Positions 1-12,209 are shown, numbered from the stretch's first letter. The stretch is DNA of 56,840 nt from Octopus bimaculoides (GCF_001194135.2 NC_068996.1:45234813-45291652), one strand, 5' to 3'. Numbers and translations: made by a program. The notes: a model not told the origin generated them from the letters alone.

Positions 1-2
1 AT

Positions 3-392
3 GCAGTAGATTAGATTTCTACTTTTGCAGTTCATGTTCGCATTGGTGAATATTTTCCCTGTTTTTGTGTTCATATATGGGCCGGTATGGATTGATCGGC
101 ATGTGCCGCATCGGCTATCATTGCATTTGGATACAGTGAATGTTTGATTTTTGTTGCTGAGGTCAAACCTTGCCTTTGTTAATAGTTTTTTCAAGTTTTT
201 AGGTTGTCTCTTACTGAGAGTTATATTTTGATCAGTAATGATATTTCTCAATTCCTTACTTTGTGCAAGGATCGGTAAGTTCGCTTTGGCGATATTAAAG
301 ATGTTCTGGTGGCATGGATTTTGTGTCACTATAAATGGAATGATCTTTTCCTGTTTGTCTTTTCTTTGCGGTGTCCTCAATATAAACAAATA
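3..392 (-). mobile_element. Penelope-like retroelement (PLE) relic: RT-to-GIY-YIG linker and start of the endonuclease, running off the window edge
   Basis: Manual minus-strand translation (no ATG, so absent from the ORF track): ...KIIPFIVTQNPCHQNIFNIAKANLPILAQSKELRNIITDQNITLSKRQPKNLKKLLTKARF...KCNDSRCGTCRSIHTGP...NANMNCKSRNLIYC. This matches the PLE pattern IPF-x-T-x-NP / KR-x-P-x-NLK-x2-L / C-x4-C-x2-C / C-x-S-x-N-x-IYC. Confidence 0.85.
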
Positions 393-444
393 TATATATA
401 TTCATATACATATATATATTGCATTGTTAGGAAATTATAAATTA

Positions 445-610
445 GGATTTTTATTACAGCCACAAGGGCCTAACGCAGAGGGGACAGTACAAGGACAGAC
501 AGGACTGCACAGTGGGGACAAAAACATAAAACGAATGAAAAATGGTAATACGTACAATGAAATTGGTGGAGAGGAAATGGCTGCATGCACCCCACTCACA
601 TGCAGTGCCA
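445..610 (-). mobile_element. Retroposon-type 3' end with AATAAA (probably the 3' UTR end of a Tx1/L1-type LINE)
   Basis: The reverse complement ctgtctgtccttgtactgtcccctctgcgttaggcccttgtggctgtAATAAAaat is closely similar to the SINE tail at 18471-18527. The Tx1 assignment is from recollection. Confidence 0.55.
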
Positions 611-706
611 TTTAAACGTTCTTACTGTCTGCTTTATAATCTATGTTGTTAGTCTCTTTGTACCTTTTGTTTTACTCTTTTTTTTATAAACACAAGTTAC
701 TCTTTT

Positions 707-1001
707 TTAAATCCTTTTTATATACGGCCTTAATTCATTTAGTTCGACCACTAATGGTAGTTCGTCGAACTCTACCAGGAAAGTTGGTTGTTCGAATCTG
801 CATTTTTCTTTCCACCTACTGTAGCTTTCCTTGTCTATTAGAATCGCCTTCACATTCTCACCGTAACTATCCTTTGGAAACTATAATAGATTTCTCTTTG
901 TAATCATCTTTTTCGTGCACACATTTTTGCCATATTTTACAAAACACCAATTGTGCTTTCTCCCTTCTTGCTCACTGTGTCACTCTACCCATTTCAGTCA
1001 T
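707..1001 (-). pseudogene. Disrupted paralog B of an unknown ~100-aa protein
   Basis: Manual translation: MTEMGRVTQ/(frameshift)EQEGRKHNWCFVKYGKNVCTKKMITKRNLL*FPKDSYGENVKAILIDKESYSRWKEKCRFEQPTFLVEFDELPLVVELNELRPYIKRI*. One frameshift and one TAG (881-883). Aligns to the ORF at 1153-1497. Confidence 0.7.
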
Positions 1002-1152
1002 TTGAACGTTTATATAAACTATTTACAATCGTTCTATTGTCTTATTGTTTTTTCTTAATCTCGTTTTTTCCTCTCTCTTTTTTTTTTAATGAAACAATTT
1101 TACTTTTTTCCTTCTTTCTTCAATAAAACAATTTTACTTACTTTTTTCCTTT

Positions 1153-1497
1153 TTAATCTCTCATGAAACGTTCTAAATCTTTTAGCTCCACTACTGGTGG
1201 CAATTCATCGAACTCCACCATCACTCCAGGCGGGTCAATCCCTTCTCCACACATGTCTTTTAGTCTGTTGTAGGTGTCTTTGTCAACCACGATGGCCTTC
1301 ACATTCTCGGAATACACATCCGTGGGCAACTTTACTCTTATAGTACATTTAAACTTTAATACTTTCTTTTCAGTTTCTTTGCTTTTTGCGTACGTCACAA
1401 CATTCCATCGAAATTTTCTTTTTCTTATTTGTTTTCTCTTTTCTTGCTCCGCTCCTGGTACTTTCTTTTCTTCCATCACTTTGGACAGTCTCTCCAA
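1153..1497 (-). CDS. Hypothetical protein, paralog A (107 aa from the ATG at 1476); probably part of a mobile or viral element
   Basis: Intact, non-repetitive ORF. Coding status is supported by amino-acid conservation with the neighbouring copy (LPTDVYSENVKAIVVDKDTYNRLKDMC vs FPKDSYGENVKAILIDKESYSRWKEKC; VEFDELPPVVEL vs VEFDELPLVVEL). Confidence 0.55.
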   Translation of the reverse strand: MERLSKVMEEKKVPGAEQEKRKQIRKRKFRWNVVTYAKSKETEKKVLKFKCTIRVKLPTDVYSENVKAIVVDKDTYNRLKDMCGEGIDPPGVMVEFDELPPVVELKDLERFMRD

Positions 1498-2468
1498 TTT
1501 CTAAATTTTCTTTCTCCACTGGAACAACCGGTGTCTTCAGCAATGTCTCTTCCTTATACAATTCCTCATTGAACACTTCAAGTTCCCTAATTATAATGTG
1601 AAGTAAACAGAAAAACAGTTTTCATGCTGCACTGTAAGAGTGAAGTCCATTGTTAAAATGGGGGACGCTATAGTTATTATCCCAAACTTTGAAACTATGA
1701 AAAATTGGCTAGACCCTGGCAAACTTAATAAGCAGAATTTTACCCGACAGTTTTTTTCTGTGAGACAAAGTTGTTCAATTGGTGCATTGTTCGAGTTAGT
1801 GAGTTGAAAGTATATACGCTCCATGTGAGTACTGTAATTCTTAACCTGTTATTGTAAACCTGTTAATTCCTGAATTGTTAAATTTGTTGGAATTTTTATT
1901 TGTCTTCCCCATTCATGGGTGAAGTAATGAATAATAGACCAGTACCGAATTTGTACTAAAATGGAAATCTGGATTTTATGATATCCAAAATTTTTGGAAT
2001 GCATATTTTTGAAAAAAACAAATTTGTGTGAGGCCAATTTTGGTGAAACCAAAAACCGGGATATGGAGTCCAAATTTCTGAACTGTGTATATATGTTACC
2101 CTTGTAACTTTTGACTGCACGTCTGGTGTAGTATTTGGGTGTTTGTTTGTGCATATATTTGTTTGTATGTAAGCTATTTTTATGCTGATTATTAATAATA
2201 TTTTACAAAGATTCATGGTATGGTGGTGTTTTGAATTCACCCTATCCTCGTCGATTTTGTAAATTCGAGTTATGGCCACCANNNNNNNNNNNNNNNNNNN
2301 NNNNNNNNNNNNNNNNNNNNNNNNNNNNNNNNNNNNNNNNNNNNNNNNNNNNNNNNNNNNNNNNNNNNNNNNNNNNNNNNNNNNNNNNNNNNNNNNNNNN
2401 NNNNNNNNNNNNNNNNNNNNNNNNNNNNNNNNNNNNNNNNNNNNNNNNNNNNNNNNNNNNNNNNNNNN

Positions 2469-2504
<36 letters not shown>

Positions 2505-3295
2505 GATTCCTTATATATATATATGGTTCTTACTCTCTTATCTATCTCATGTATTATATGTGTGTGTGCGTGCGTGCGTGCGCGTGTGTGTTTGCGTGTG
2601 CGTGTGTGCGTGCGCGTGCGTCCATGTTGTTATATTTTTACGTGTTTCTCCACGGCATATAGATGTGTACATATATATATTTATACAGACTCATACAACC
2701 GAATGCTTTCATATTTTCATTTACATACCTACATATATGCCTTTGTATATGTGTGAGAGAAAGTGTGCGTGCGCGCGTGCGTTCATGTGCATACATAAAT
2801 CCCATCTATATACACAATTATTTTTTTTTGTCCTCAAGCAATCCATTGTCCTTATGATTAAGTTCCCCGCTTTTTTGACATCTTCTTTCCAAAACTCTTT
2901 TATGTATCATATTGCTTCCAGCTCTACACGTGTTTTCATTTCTTACATTCATTTGATTAAGCTTTTTATTTTACGCTTTCATAATTTTATCATCAATTTT
3001 ATACATACCCATAATACTCACCTATTTCTGTCTGTTTAAGCTATATCTTCTCACACACCCTTTACTCCTCCCCACTCCCCCCTCTCTCTCTCTCTCTCTC
3101 TCCATATATATATACCATCCCCTCGATATGATTCTGTGCCTTACCTTCCATGACGTGTGTGCCTGCATATCTGTGTGTATGTGTGTGTGTGTGGACGTGT
3201 GGGCGCGTACACACATATACACGTATATACATCCATGTACATATACATATACGCATATATTCATATGTATGTATGCGTATATGTATGTGCACATG

Positions 3296-3366
<71 letters not shown>

Positions 3367-3550
3367 ACGCACACATGTATGTATGTATGTATGTATGTAT
3401 GTGTGTGTGTACATATATAAATCACAGATTATTCATTGGTCCTTTTCTCATTTCAAAAGAGGTAAATATCTAGTTAGATATATTATTTTCTATTTTACTC
3501 AGAAATGGAATGAAGAAAAGGGAAGTTGAATGAAGTACATCATATAATCG

Positions 3551-3925
3551 TTATATACTTGCCTTCCCTAAGGCAGAGGTATTGTTTTCAGTTGTGTTTA
3601 TTTGTTTGTTTGTTTGTGGACAAGATATCTCAAAAACCGCTGGATAGATTCGGATGAAACTTTCAGGGATGTCTAACTTCGTGACTGGTACGAACTGATT
3701 AGATTTTGGGATCGATCCGATACCGGACAAGGAATCTGGATTATTTTTCCAGTTTTTTTACTTAATTTTTTAGAGCGGTCGGGTTTATTCTCATTAGCAT
3801 TCTCGTTTGTGGGAGCATTCGAGTTTATTTCAGACATTCTCATTTTAAAAATCCTCTCTGGCTAATCATTGACAGGACGTTGGTGTTGCCTTGGTGGAGA
3901 TTTGCGCTCTTTGAGTGCTCTTGTT
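3551..3925 (+). mobile_element. Non-autonomous Helentron/Helitron2 (HINE, DINE-1-like)
   Basis: 5' inverted motif tgcctt-ccct-aaggca followed by gaggtattgttttc, a (TTTG)n microsatellite, the gatatctcaaaaaccgctggatagatt...atgaaactt core, a 3' subterminal ccttggtggagat, a hairpin gcgctc-ttt-gagtgc (3904-3918) and a terminal TT. This is the HINE architecture. Confidence 0.75.
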
Positions 3926-4748
3926 ATGTAATTTGATCTTTTTCATTTTCTGTTTTTCATCATATAGTCTATAATATTCAAGCTAGAATACGTTATTTCG
4001 AGTATAATTTCATCGCTTAATGTCAAGGTAATTATGTGTCTATCGGTTAAATATATTTACATTACAAATGAAAACATTTTGCAAAGGAGAACGTTACAAA
4101 TTGACAGCTGATGGTATAGAATATTTAACCAAGATATATTTAACAAAAAGGAAGTCATTTTAATTTATATATCTATATTTATATCTTTCTTTATCAGTTA
4201 ATCTGTTTATACATACATAGATATACAGTGTGTTCGGGTTTAATTTGACGACAGTATTGCTGAAATTTATGCATCGCAGAGAATACACACACATACACAG
4301 ACTCACGTACACATATTATTTATATTGTGTAATCTTTGTACTAAAACTATATAGATCGTTGTTATTAATCGAAAAATGGTTCTTAAATACTGCTATTATC
4401 ATAAACGGGAAGACAATGTTCTTAGTGTTTTTGTTTTATTTCCGCTTTTTATATATATATACACTTTTTTGTTTTCTGACAAACGTTATAAATGTGACAC
4501 CAGGTCAAATCATCATATTTGTTGAAAATCATATTTGTGTGAGATTTTAAGGAGATCATATTCTGATATTATTTCTACCGTGAGATCCCTGAAGTAGCAC
4601 ATTCGCAAAACTGCAGAGTTTGATGTCTCTGATATATGCTTGACGTACATAAGATAAACAGGAAGCCCTTGGTCCGGATATGTCATCCTGTTAACCTCAC
4701 ATATGACAAACGCACACTCACGCGCAGTCAGCCTCTAGACATACATGA

Positions 4749-4793
<45 letters not shown>

Positions 4794-5431
4794 GTTTGTA
4801 TCTCTCTATATATACATATATATGCAGATATATGTGTGTGCATATATATATATATANNNNNNNNNNNNNNNNNNNNNNNNNNNNNNNNNNNNNNNNNNNN
4901 NNNNNNNNNNNNNNNNNNNNNNNNNNNNNNNNNNNNNNNNNNNNNNNNNNNNNNNNNNNNNNNNNNNNNNNNNNNNNNNNNNNNNNNNNNNNNNNNNNNN
5001 NNNNNNNNNNNNNNNNNNNNNNNNNNNNNNNNNNNNNNNNNNNNNNNNNNNNNNNNNNNNNNNNNNNNNNNNNNNNNNNNNNNNNNNNNNNNNNNNNNNN
5101 NNNNNNNNNNNNNNNNNNNNNNNNNNNNNNNNNNNNNNNNNNNNNNNNNNNNNNNNNNNNNNNNNNNNNNNNNNNNNNNNNNNNNNNNNNNNNNNNNNNN
5201 NNNNNNNNNNNNNNNNNNNNNNNNNNNNNNNNNNNNNNNNNNNNNNNNNNNNNNNNNNNNNNNNNNNNNNNNNNNNNNNNNNNNNNNNNNNNNNNNNNNN
5301 NNNNNNNNNNNNNNNNNNNNNNNNNNNNNNNNNNNNNNNNNNNNNNNNNNNNNNNNNNNNNNNNNNNNNNNNNNNNNNNNNNNNNNNNNNNNNNNNNNNN
5401 NNNNNNNNNNNNNNNNNNNNNNNNNNNNNNN

Positions 5432-5478
<47 letters not shown>

Positions 5479-5509
5479 TTGAAGATTCTTTTCTTAAATT
5501 AAATGTTCA

Positions 5510-7600
5510 TTATACCAAAATATATTTGAATAACAGAATGGCACGAACACTTTGGAATGAAGTTTTCGCATTGTATGTGAGCGCTTTCGCCGTTTTCACC
5601 TTACCAAACAACCGTGTCAACCGTGTTACAAGGTTATTCGTATAGAAGTCGTTGTTCTTAGTAGCGTTGTTAACTAATGCCGGTTTAGATTCCGACTTAC
5701 TATTCCTATAAATTAATCTTCTTTTGTCTTTCCTAGTTGATAATTTTCCACTTTTATTTTGAAAAATTTTAATATTTCGAATTTTCCATATGCAATATGT
5801 CTACATATTCACTAAATGGGACATTTCTAAGGTATGACATTCTGGTTTGGTGTGTAGGTATTTTAAGTAGATGGATTAATTTTGATACTATGTAGCCGAT
5901 ATAACTCTCATTGAATTGTAGTCATGTAATGCAGTAAATGAGAGCTTTTGTTTACCATTCATATTTGCATTCGCCTTCAATTCCTTCCCATTCTTGACTT
6001 CTTTGGTTATTCCCGAATCAACTGTTCCACAGCAAAGTGTTCCGTAATTTGCTACTTGTATTATTTCTTCCTCTAGCATGAATTTCGCCTTTGCTAAAAG
6101 TCTTTTAACAATTGTTTTCTTCGACTGTTGATAATTTGTGATTTTTTTTTTTATTTTTCAGAGATTTGGATCCTTTAGCCGAATGAAAGATGTTATGGTT
6201 TCAAAGAATATGAGTGACTATAAAAGGAATATTAATATTGTGTTTTTGTCTTCGCGCTCATTGTGACGGTTTCTCTTTAAGACAGAGATTGAGGTCTCTT
6301 TTGCTTTGGTTATGACACTATTCACTAAGATTTTAGGATCTATTTTTCCAAAGGAATATTTTTATTTCAACCAGTTGTTCTTCTCGTCTATTGGTGTCCG
6401 TACACTTGAATATATATCTCTTGTCATATTGAATGAAATGTTCCTTATAATATGGGATGGGTTGCCAGTGCTAAAATCTAAATATTGACGTGTGTCCATT
6501 TGTGTCTTTCAAGTAGAAATCGGTTGTAACCCTCTCATTCTTTTTAATTACCAGATTTGCAGTTAAGGAAGTTCTTTGACATCCATTTCCATAGTAAAAT
6601 GGATCAATTCGCGAATGTCATTTATTAATTTAAAGAATCTTGTACGGTCTTCCTTACTTCTGTTCTAAAATATGAAGCAGTCATCCAGGAATCATTTTTC
6701 CGGTTTCTCTTTAAAAAGTATTTGAAATGCTGATCAAAAGTAATTCCGGAAAAGGTATAGATTTTTTTTCCTTCGAGGAATCCCATTACATGTGTTACAG
6801 GCGTTGGTGCAATTTCCGTTCCCATCGCCGTGCGTTGTATCTCTCAAGTTAATATTGGTTATCAAAGAAAAAAATAGATGTATTCTTGCACCAATCGTAA
6901 TACTTCAAGTATATGATTTTGGGTGAGGTGGGGAGACTATTTCCTGAATTATATGTGGGTATCTAGAATTCTACTTCTTCTAATTCTAATCTATGAGGAA
7001 TATGCGTGTAGCATCTGGTCATATCGAAACTAACCAGGATCGTCTCTATATTCGCTGTTTCGGGAACACGATTTAGAAAACCAGGAACCAATTTGTAGAA
7101 TGGCTTCGAAATTACGTCAAGTAAATTACTTAATCGTTGGGTGCTTGATATTGTTCCCGCAAGATTGATCGAAATTTTAAATGAGGCGGTTTGGTGATCT
7201 TTACATACGGTGCATAGAGATCCTTTGCAATGGGTCTCTTCAGCTTTACAGACCTTTGGCTGTCTATGAAAGCTGCTTCATTTTCCCCCAAATTGGTGAG
7301 GTGATCCAACTTCCTTTCCTTTAAATTACTTTTGCCTTTGCTCGTTAATTTATTTATTGTTTCCATAGTTTATCTTTACTAATTACAAATTTTTTGAAGA
7401 AATGTTGGTCATTTAGTTGTGTTAAGACCACTTTCCTGCAATGGTACCATCCATTGTTACAATGGATTATCTTTTGTCCCCTTCTTCAATGCCTAGAGGA
7501 ATGGTTCTGCAGACATTCCAGTGCCTTTTGCTCTTCATTTGTAATGTTTGCTTTAATAAGATGTGTTAGAATGTTATGTAGTCTTCTAAGTGTTTGTTCC
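5510..7600 (-). mobile_element. Degenerate Penelope-like element (RT + GIY-YIG pseudogene)
   Basis: Colinear minus-strand motifs with stops and frameshifts: NITNEEQKALECL (~7540), YVKITKPPHLKFRSI (~7190), ILVSFDMTRCYTHIP (~7030), TAMGTEIAP (~6820), CCGT...NANMNGK (~5960-6040), then a GIY-YIG C-terminal-like segment. Confidence 0.85.
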
Positions 7601-7907
7601 GGTTCATTACATATGTTCGCGCGCGGTGCGTGTGCCTATGTAAAAAATATTTTAAAATATATAAACACACACAGACACACATACACACGCACTGCAAAGA
7701 TGTCGTCAACCTAATTCCACTAAACGGGCAGTGGTCAACCTGAAGCAACAATACAGAGGCATTTGCTCAAGTGTCTCGGAAAGAACGAATTCAGAATCAA
7801 GTGATTGAGAAGCGACAACAAATCCATGTTCACGGAAACAAAATATGCAAAGACAAATTCGTTGAGACGTTGTCCTCAAGTAAAAACATCAAGAGGTATG
7901 TTTCTCA

Positions 7908-7948
<41 letters not shown>

Positions 7949-9809
7949 ACGACGCTAATTTACACAGAAACTGTCTTCCACTACTCTCCCCCTTTCCCCT
8001 CCTCCTCCTTTCTCTCTCTCTCCCTGCTTCATCTTTCATTATTTTCGCACCAAAGTTACTTGGTTTATGTTTCTTTCCAGCTCCCATTTTCATCTTTCTG
8101 TCATTTTCTGCCATTTCTGTCGTTCTTGTTCCTCTCAATTTCTCTTTCGTTTATTTTCTTTCTCTTCTCAAATCATCACTTTTACTATTTTTTCCTTCCC
8201 TATCTTTCTCATTCGCACCCCCACCATCAGCTTCGTTTTACTCCTCACGTTTTTTTTGTTTCTTTTCTGTTTCTTTCCTTACTCCTCCATCACTTAATCC
8301 TCTTTCTATTACTGCCGCCCTCTATTTCCGTTCTCTTTCTCTCATACACGAACACGAAAATAAAAAATCTGCACACATACACAAGTACATACAAGTACGA
8401 ACGCATGTGTACACACATACGGACACACACTAACAACTGCACGTGCACACATATGGATAAACTCTATTAATAGCCTTCGTTCTAAATATCGATATAAAAA
8501 ATTCACAACTCTACAAAAACTGAAAGGTTGACTATCCATATATATGTGTGTCTGGGTGTGTGTATACATATATATATATATATATATATATANNNNNNNN
8601 NNNNNNNNNNNNNNNNNNNNNNNNNNNNNNNNNNNNNNNNNNNNNNNNNNNNNNNNNNNNNNNNNNNNNNNNNNNNNNNNNNNNNNNNNNNNNNNNNNNN
8701 NNNNNNNNNNNNNNNNNNNNNNNNNNNNNNNNNNNNNNNNNNNNNNNNNNNNNNNNNNNNNNNNNNNNNNNNNNNNNNNNNNNNNNNNNNNNNNNNNNNN
8801 NNNNNNNNNNNNNNNNNNNNNNNNNNNNNNNNNNNNNNNNNNNNNNNNNNNNNNNNNNNNNNNNNNNNNNNNNNNNNNNNNNNNNNNNNNNNNNNNNNNN
8901 NNNNNNNNNNNNNNNNNNNNNNNNNNNNNNNNNNNNNNNNNNNNNNNNNNNNNNNNNNNNNNNNNNNNNNNNNNNNNNNNNNNNNNNNNNNNNNNNNNNN
9001 NNNNNNNNNNNNNNNNNNNNNNNNNNNNNNNNNNNNNNNNNNNNNNNNNNNNNNNNNNNNNNNNNNNNNNNNNNNNNNNNNNNNNNNCATTCATATCTAA
9101 ATATGAATCATATATTATTCATATATTATATATGTATATAATACTAGCGCGCGCGCACACACAGAGACACACACACACACATATATATAGATAGATAAGA
9201 AACTATACACATACATATATGCACTATTTAATTGTATGCTTACTCGTGTGTATGTTTTTGTTCGCGTTTATATTCGTATATATATATATACAAACACACT
9301 CACAAAAATATAGCCTTACATACATAACATTTAGTAGTAAGTGCTGGACCTGAATCTCTGTTTCGAGTTAAGATGTTGGTCGAAATAAATCCACATGAGC
9401 AATACCTACGTATAGCTATATAAGTGTCTAGTAACTCTTTTTGGATGTAGGTGGGAAACAAATCTTGAGAAGGTATTTGATTATGGCAGATCTCCGTTCT
9501 GACTCGTTTTGTATTATGTTAATGCCAACTGTTTGACCGTATATTATTTTACGGTTTTGTTGTTATTTCTTCATTTACTGAATGTGCATGCTGCATTGTA
9601 AGAGAGTAAAATACTGTTTAACCCCTCTAATGATAACACTTCGCATGTCCCTTGAAGAAACAGGCCATACTAGTGCATAATTTTTCTGAAATTATTTCAT
9701 GTCTTTTAGCATTTTTTGCTCAAGGAACAGGGAAAAAATATCTCAAAATATTATATGCGCACAAACACTGCAATAGCTTCTAGAAATAGTTTCAGATTAG
9801 AGAAATATT

Positions 9810-10027
9810 ATTTTCTCCTCTAGGGGCAAGGCCCGAAATTTTGGGGGAGGGGACCAGTCGGTTACATCGGCCCCAGTACGCAACTGGTACTTAATTTATC
9901 GACCCCGAAAGAAAGAAAGAAAGGCAAAGCCGACCTCGGTGGAATTTGAACTCAGAACGTAAGGACAGACGAAACACCGCTAAGGATATTGCCCGGCGCG
10001 CTAACGTTTCTACCAGCTCGCCGCTTT
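9810..10027 (-). mobile_element. tRNA-derived SINE family A, full length, with a 16-bp target-site duplication
   Basis: Reverse strand has A-box-like TGGTAGAAACG and B-box GAGTTCAAATTCC. Flanked by agattagagaaatatt (9794-9809) and agattagggaaatatt (10028-10043). Confidence 0.85.
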
Positions 10028-11004
10028 AGATTAGGGAAATATTGTACTTTGGACAACCAAGAAAATTAGTACAGTATTAAGGAGGGGAAAAAAGCATGTT
10101 TAAAAAAACAGGAAAAAGATAAAAGAAGACAGAAAGAAATAAAGAAACAAAGAAAGAATATCTATAAGTGTAACTTTGTATTTTAGGTTTTGTATTATTT
10201 TTTTCTTTTTACCATCTTTTCAACGATTTGCATGCAATAATTCTGAATAAATCAATATTTTCGAATAAACCGAAGTTTGTCAGTATCTTTTNNNNNNNNN
10301 NNNNNNNNNNNNNNNNNNNNNNNNNNNNNNNNNNNNNNNNNNNNNNNNNNNNNNNNNNNNNNNNNNNNNNNNNNNNNNNNNNNNNNNNNNNNNNNNNNNN
10401 NNNNNNNNNNNNNNNNNNNNNNNNNNNNNNNNNNNNNNNNNNNNNNNNNNNNNNNNNNNNNNNNNNNNNNNNNNNNNNNNNNNNNNNNNNNNNNNNNNNN
10501 NNNNNNNNNNNNNNNNNNNNNNNNNNNNNNNNNNNNNNNNNNNNNNNNNNNNNNNNNNNNNNNNNNNNNNNNNNNNNNNNNNNNNNNNNNNNNNNNNNNN
10601 NNNNNNNNNNNNNNNNNNNNNNNNNNNNNNNNNNNNNNNNNNNNNNNNNNNNNNNNNNNNNNNNNNNNNNNNNNNNNNNNNNNNNNNATATATATGTATG
10701 TATGTATATTTATAAAGAAAACAAGTCCAAATCACGTGAACTTACAAGTTAAATGCTGAACAGTTTTTCAAAACATTCTTCAACATTCTGGCATTAGAAT
10801 GTCTAATCTTAAGCTCTTTATCTGGTTCTTATACTCACACCAAACAACGTACAAATTTTTTATTTTTTATTTTTTCTATTCTCAGACATGAAAACGAGCT
10901 TTCACCCAAAACACTTACTGTTTTCCTTTCCTGCACTTTTATGCTTTCATAGTACATTTCTTTTGTACACACGCACTTGGTATGCACACACACACACACT
11001 GAGA

Positions 11005-12075
11005 ATATTTTATAACCAGTTGATCTACCAAACGGAGCCTAATGTCAGTGAGGTGGAGGCCGGTCCACAATGATGTCGTCGGGAGGTAGGCCCGAAACGG
11101 CGCGCATTCTTTCCTGATGACCCCACACACGTGCTGGCTTCCTGTATGCGGAGCTCTCAACTGGTGGAACTTGCGTGTGCTAATTGTTTGCAAAGCATCA
11201 CGTATTTCCTCAACAAGTTTCTTTAATGGAGCTTCAGTCCTGGGTAAAGTAGAGACCAAGGGGAAGCATTTGGAAAGTCGAATGTTTTCAAGTGCTCACA
11301 ACGTCCAGCCAATCGGACTGTGCAATAGATGGAACGCTCACTTTAGCTTTTTACAGAGGATTAGTGGAGGAAAAGTGCGACGACGTTCTTGGGGACACCT
11401 TGGACGTCGAAGAAGATCAGCTACTTGCTCTTTCCGGAGAACTTTCGAGCCGAAATAATTTCCAAAATCCTCTGGCCTGGCAGTGCTACCGGGGAGGTTT
11501 GCCTGTTTGAGATAAACTTTACAAGCAATGAAGTGCTATCAGTAGAGAATATCTGAGATGTGAGCAGGACGACGAGACGGTCCTGCATGCATTGGTTCAG
11601 TGCCCGAGCATTGCTGATTGTGGGTTTATATCGATCACCTGCTGTCGCGTGTGAGACGGTTCCAGTTGAATCCATCGTGAAGATCGCCCCGCCGTCTTAC
11701 TTCAACCGGGCTGTTTTTATATGCCTGGTCGCCATGGCGAAAGAGGTTGTATGGTGGGCGAGGTTGAAGGGACTGAAGACAAACGATTTTCTCTTTGACC
11801 AATCCCTGGCGAACTTGAAAAGAAAAATAAGCGTAGAGAAGGAAGTGTTATCTTCTAACCCATTTGCTGAAAGTTGGATGGAAGTAGAGAGAATGGTGCG
11901 AGTGAACGGGCTTGTCCTGAGCATACGTCCGTAGTTGGAAAAAAGGAAAGGAAAAAAAGCATCTGCACCAAAAGTTAGGGCACCCATGATTTTTTATGGG
12001 TTTTTCCACGGGCAACCCCCGAACGTCTCCTCCATATTGAGGATAACACATTGTTGATATTTTTAAAAAAGTTTT
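11005..12075 (+). mobile_element. Tx1/L1-clade LINE, 5'-truncated (ORF2 C-terminus + 3' UTR)
   Basis: GC-richer island. Translation gives LAWQCYRGGLPV*DKLY, the CCHC remnant RCEQDDETVLHALVQCP (~11555-11605) and AVFICLVAMAKEVVWWARLKGL...FAESWMEVERMV, typical of the L1/Tx1 ORF2 C-terminal zinc-finger region. Confidence 0.8.
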
Positions 12076-12209
12076 TGTTAGTCTTATTTTCACGCAAAAT
12101 CCTCACGACAGTACGCTCACTCACACACATACACACACACATTGTTTGGCTTGACCATAATGTTTTCCTTAATGTAAACCCTTGTGGTTAATAAAGAAAT
12201 CATTATTAA

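Noticed and set aside
1605-1810. Plus-strand peptide CTVRVKSIV...AIVI resembling CTIRVK...AIVV of ORF A
   Set aside because: Only a short motif matches, it is antisense to a longer open frame, and the conserved ENVKAI/VEFDELP blocks are absent.
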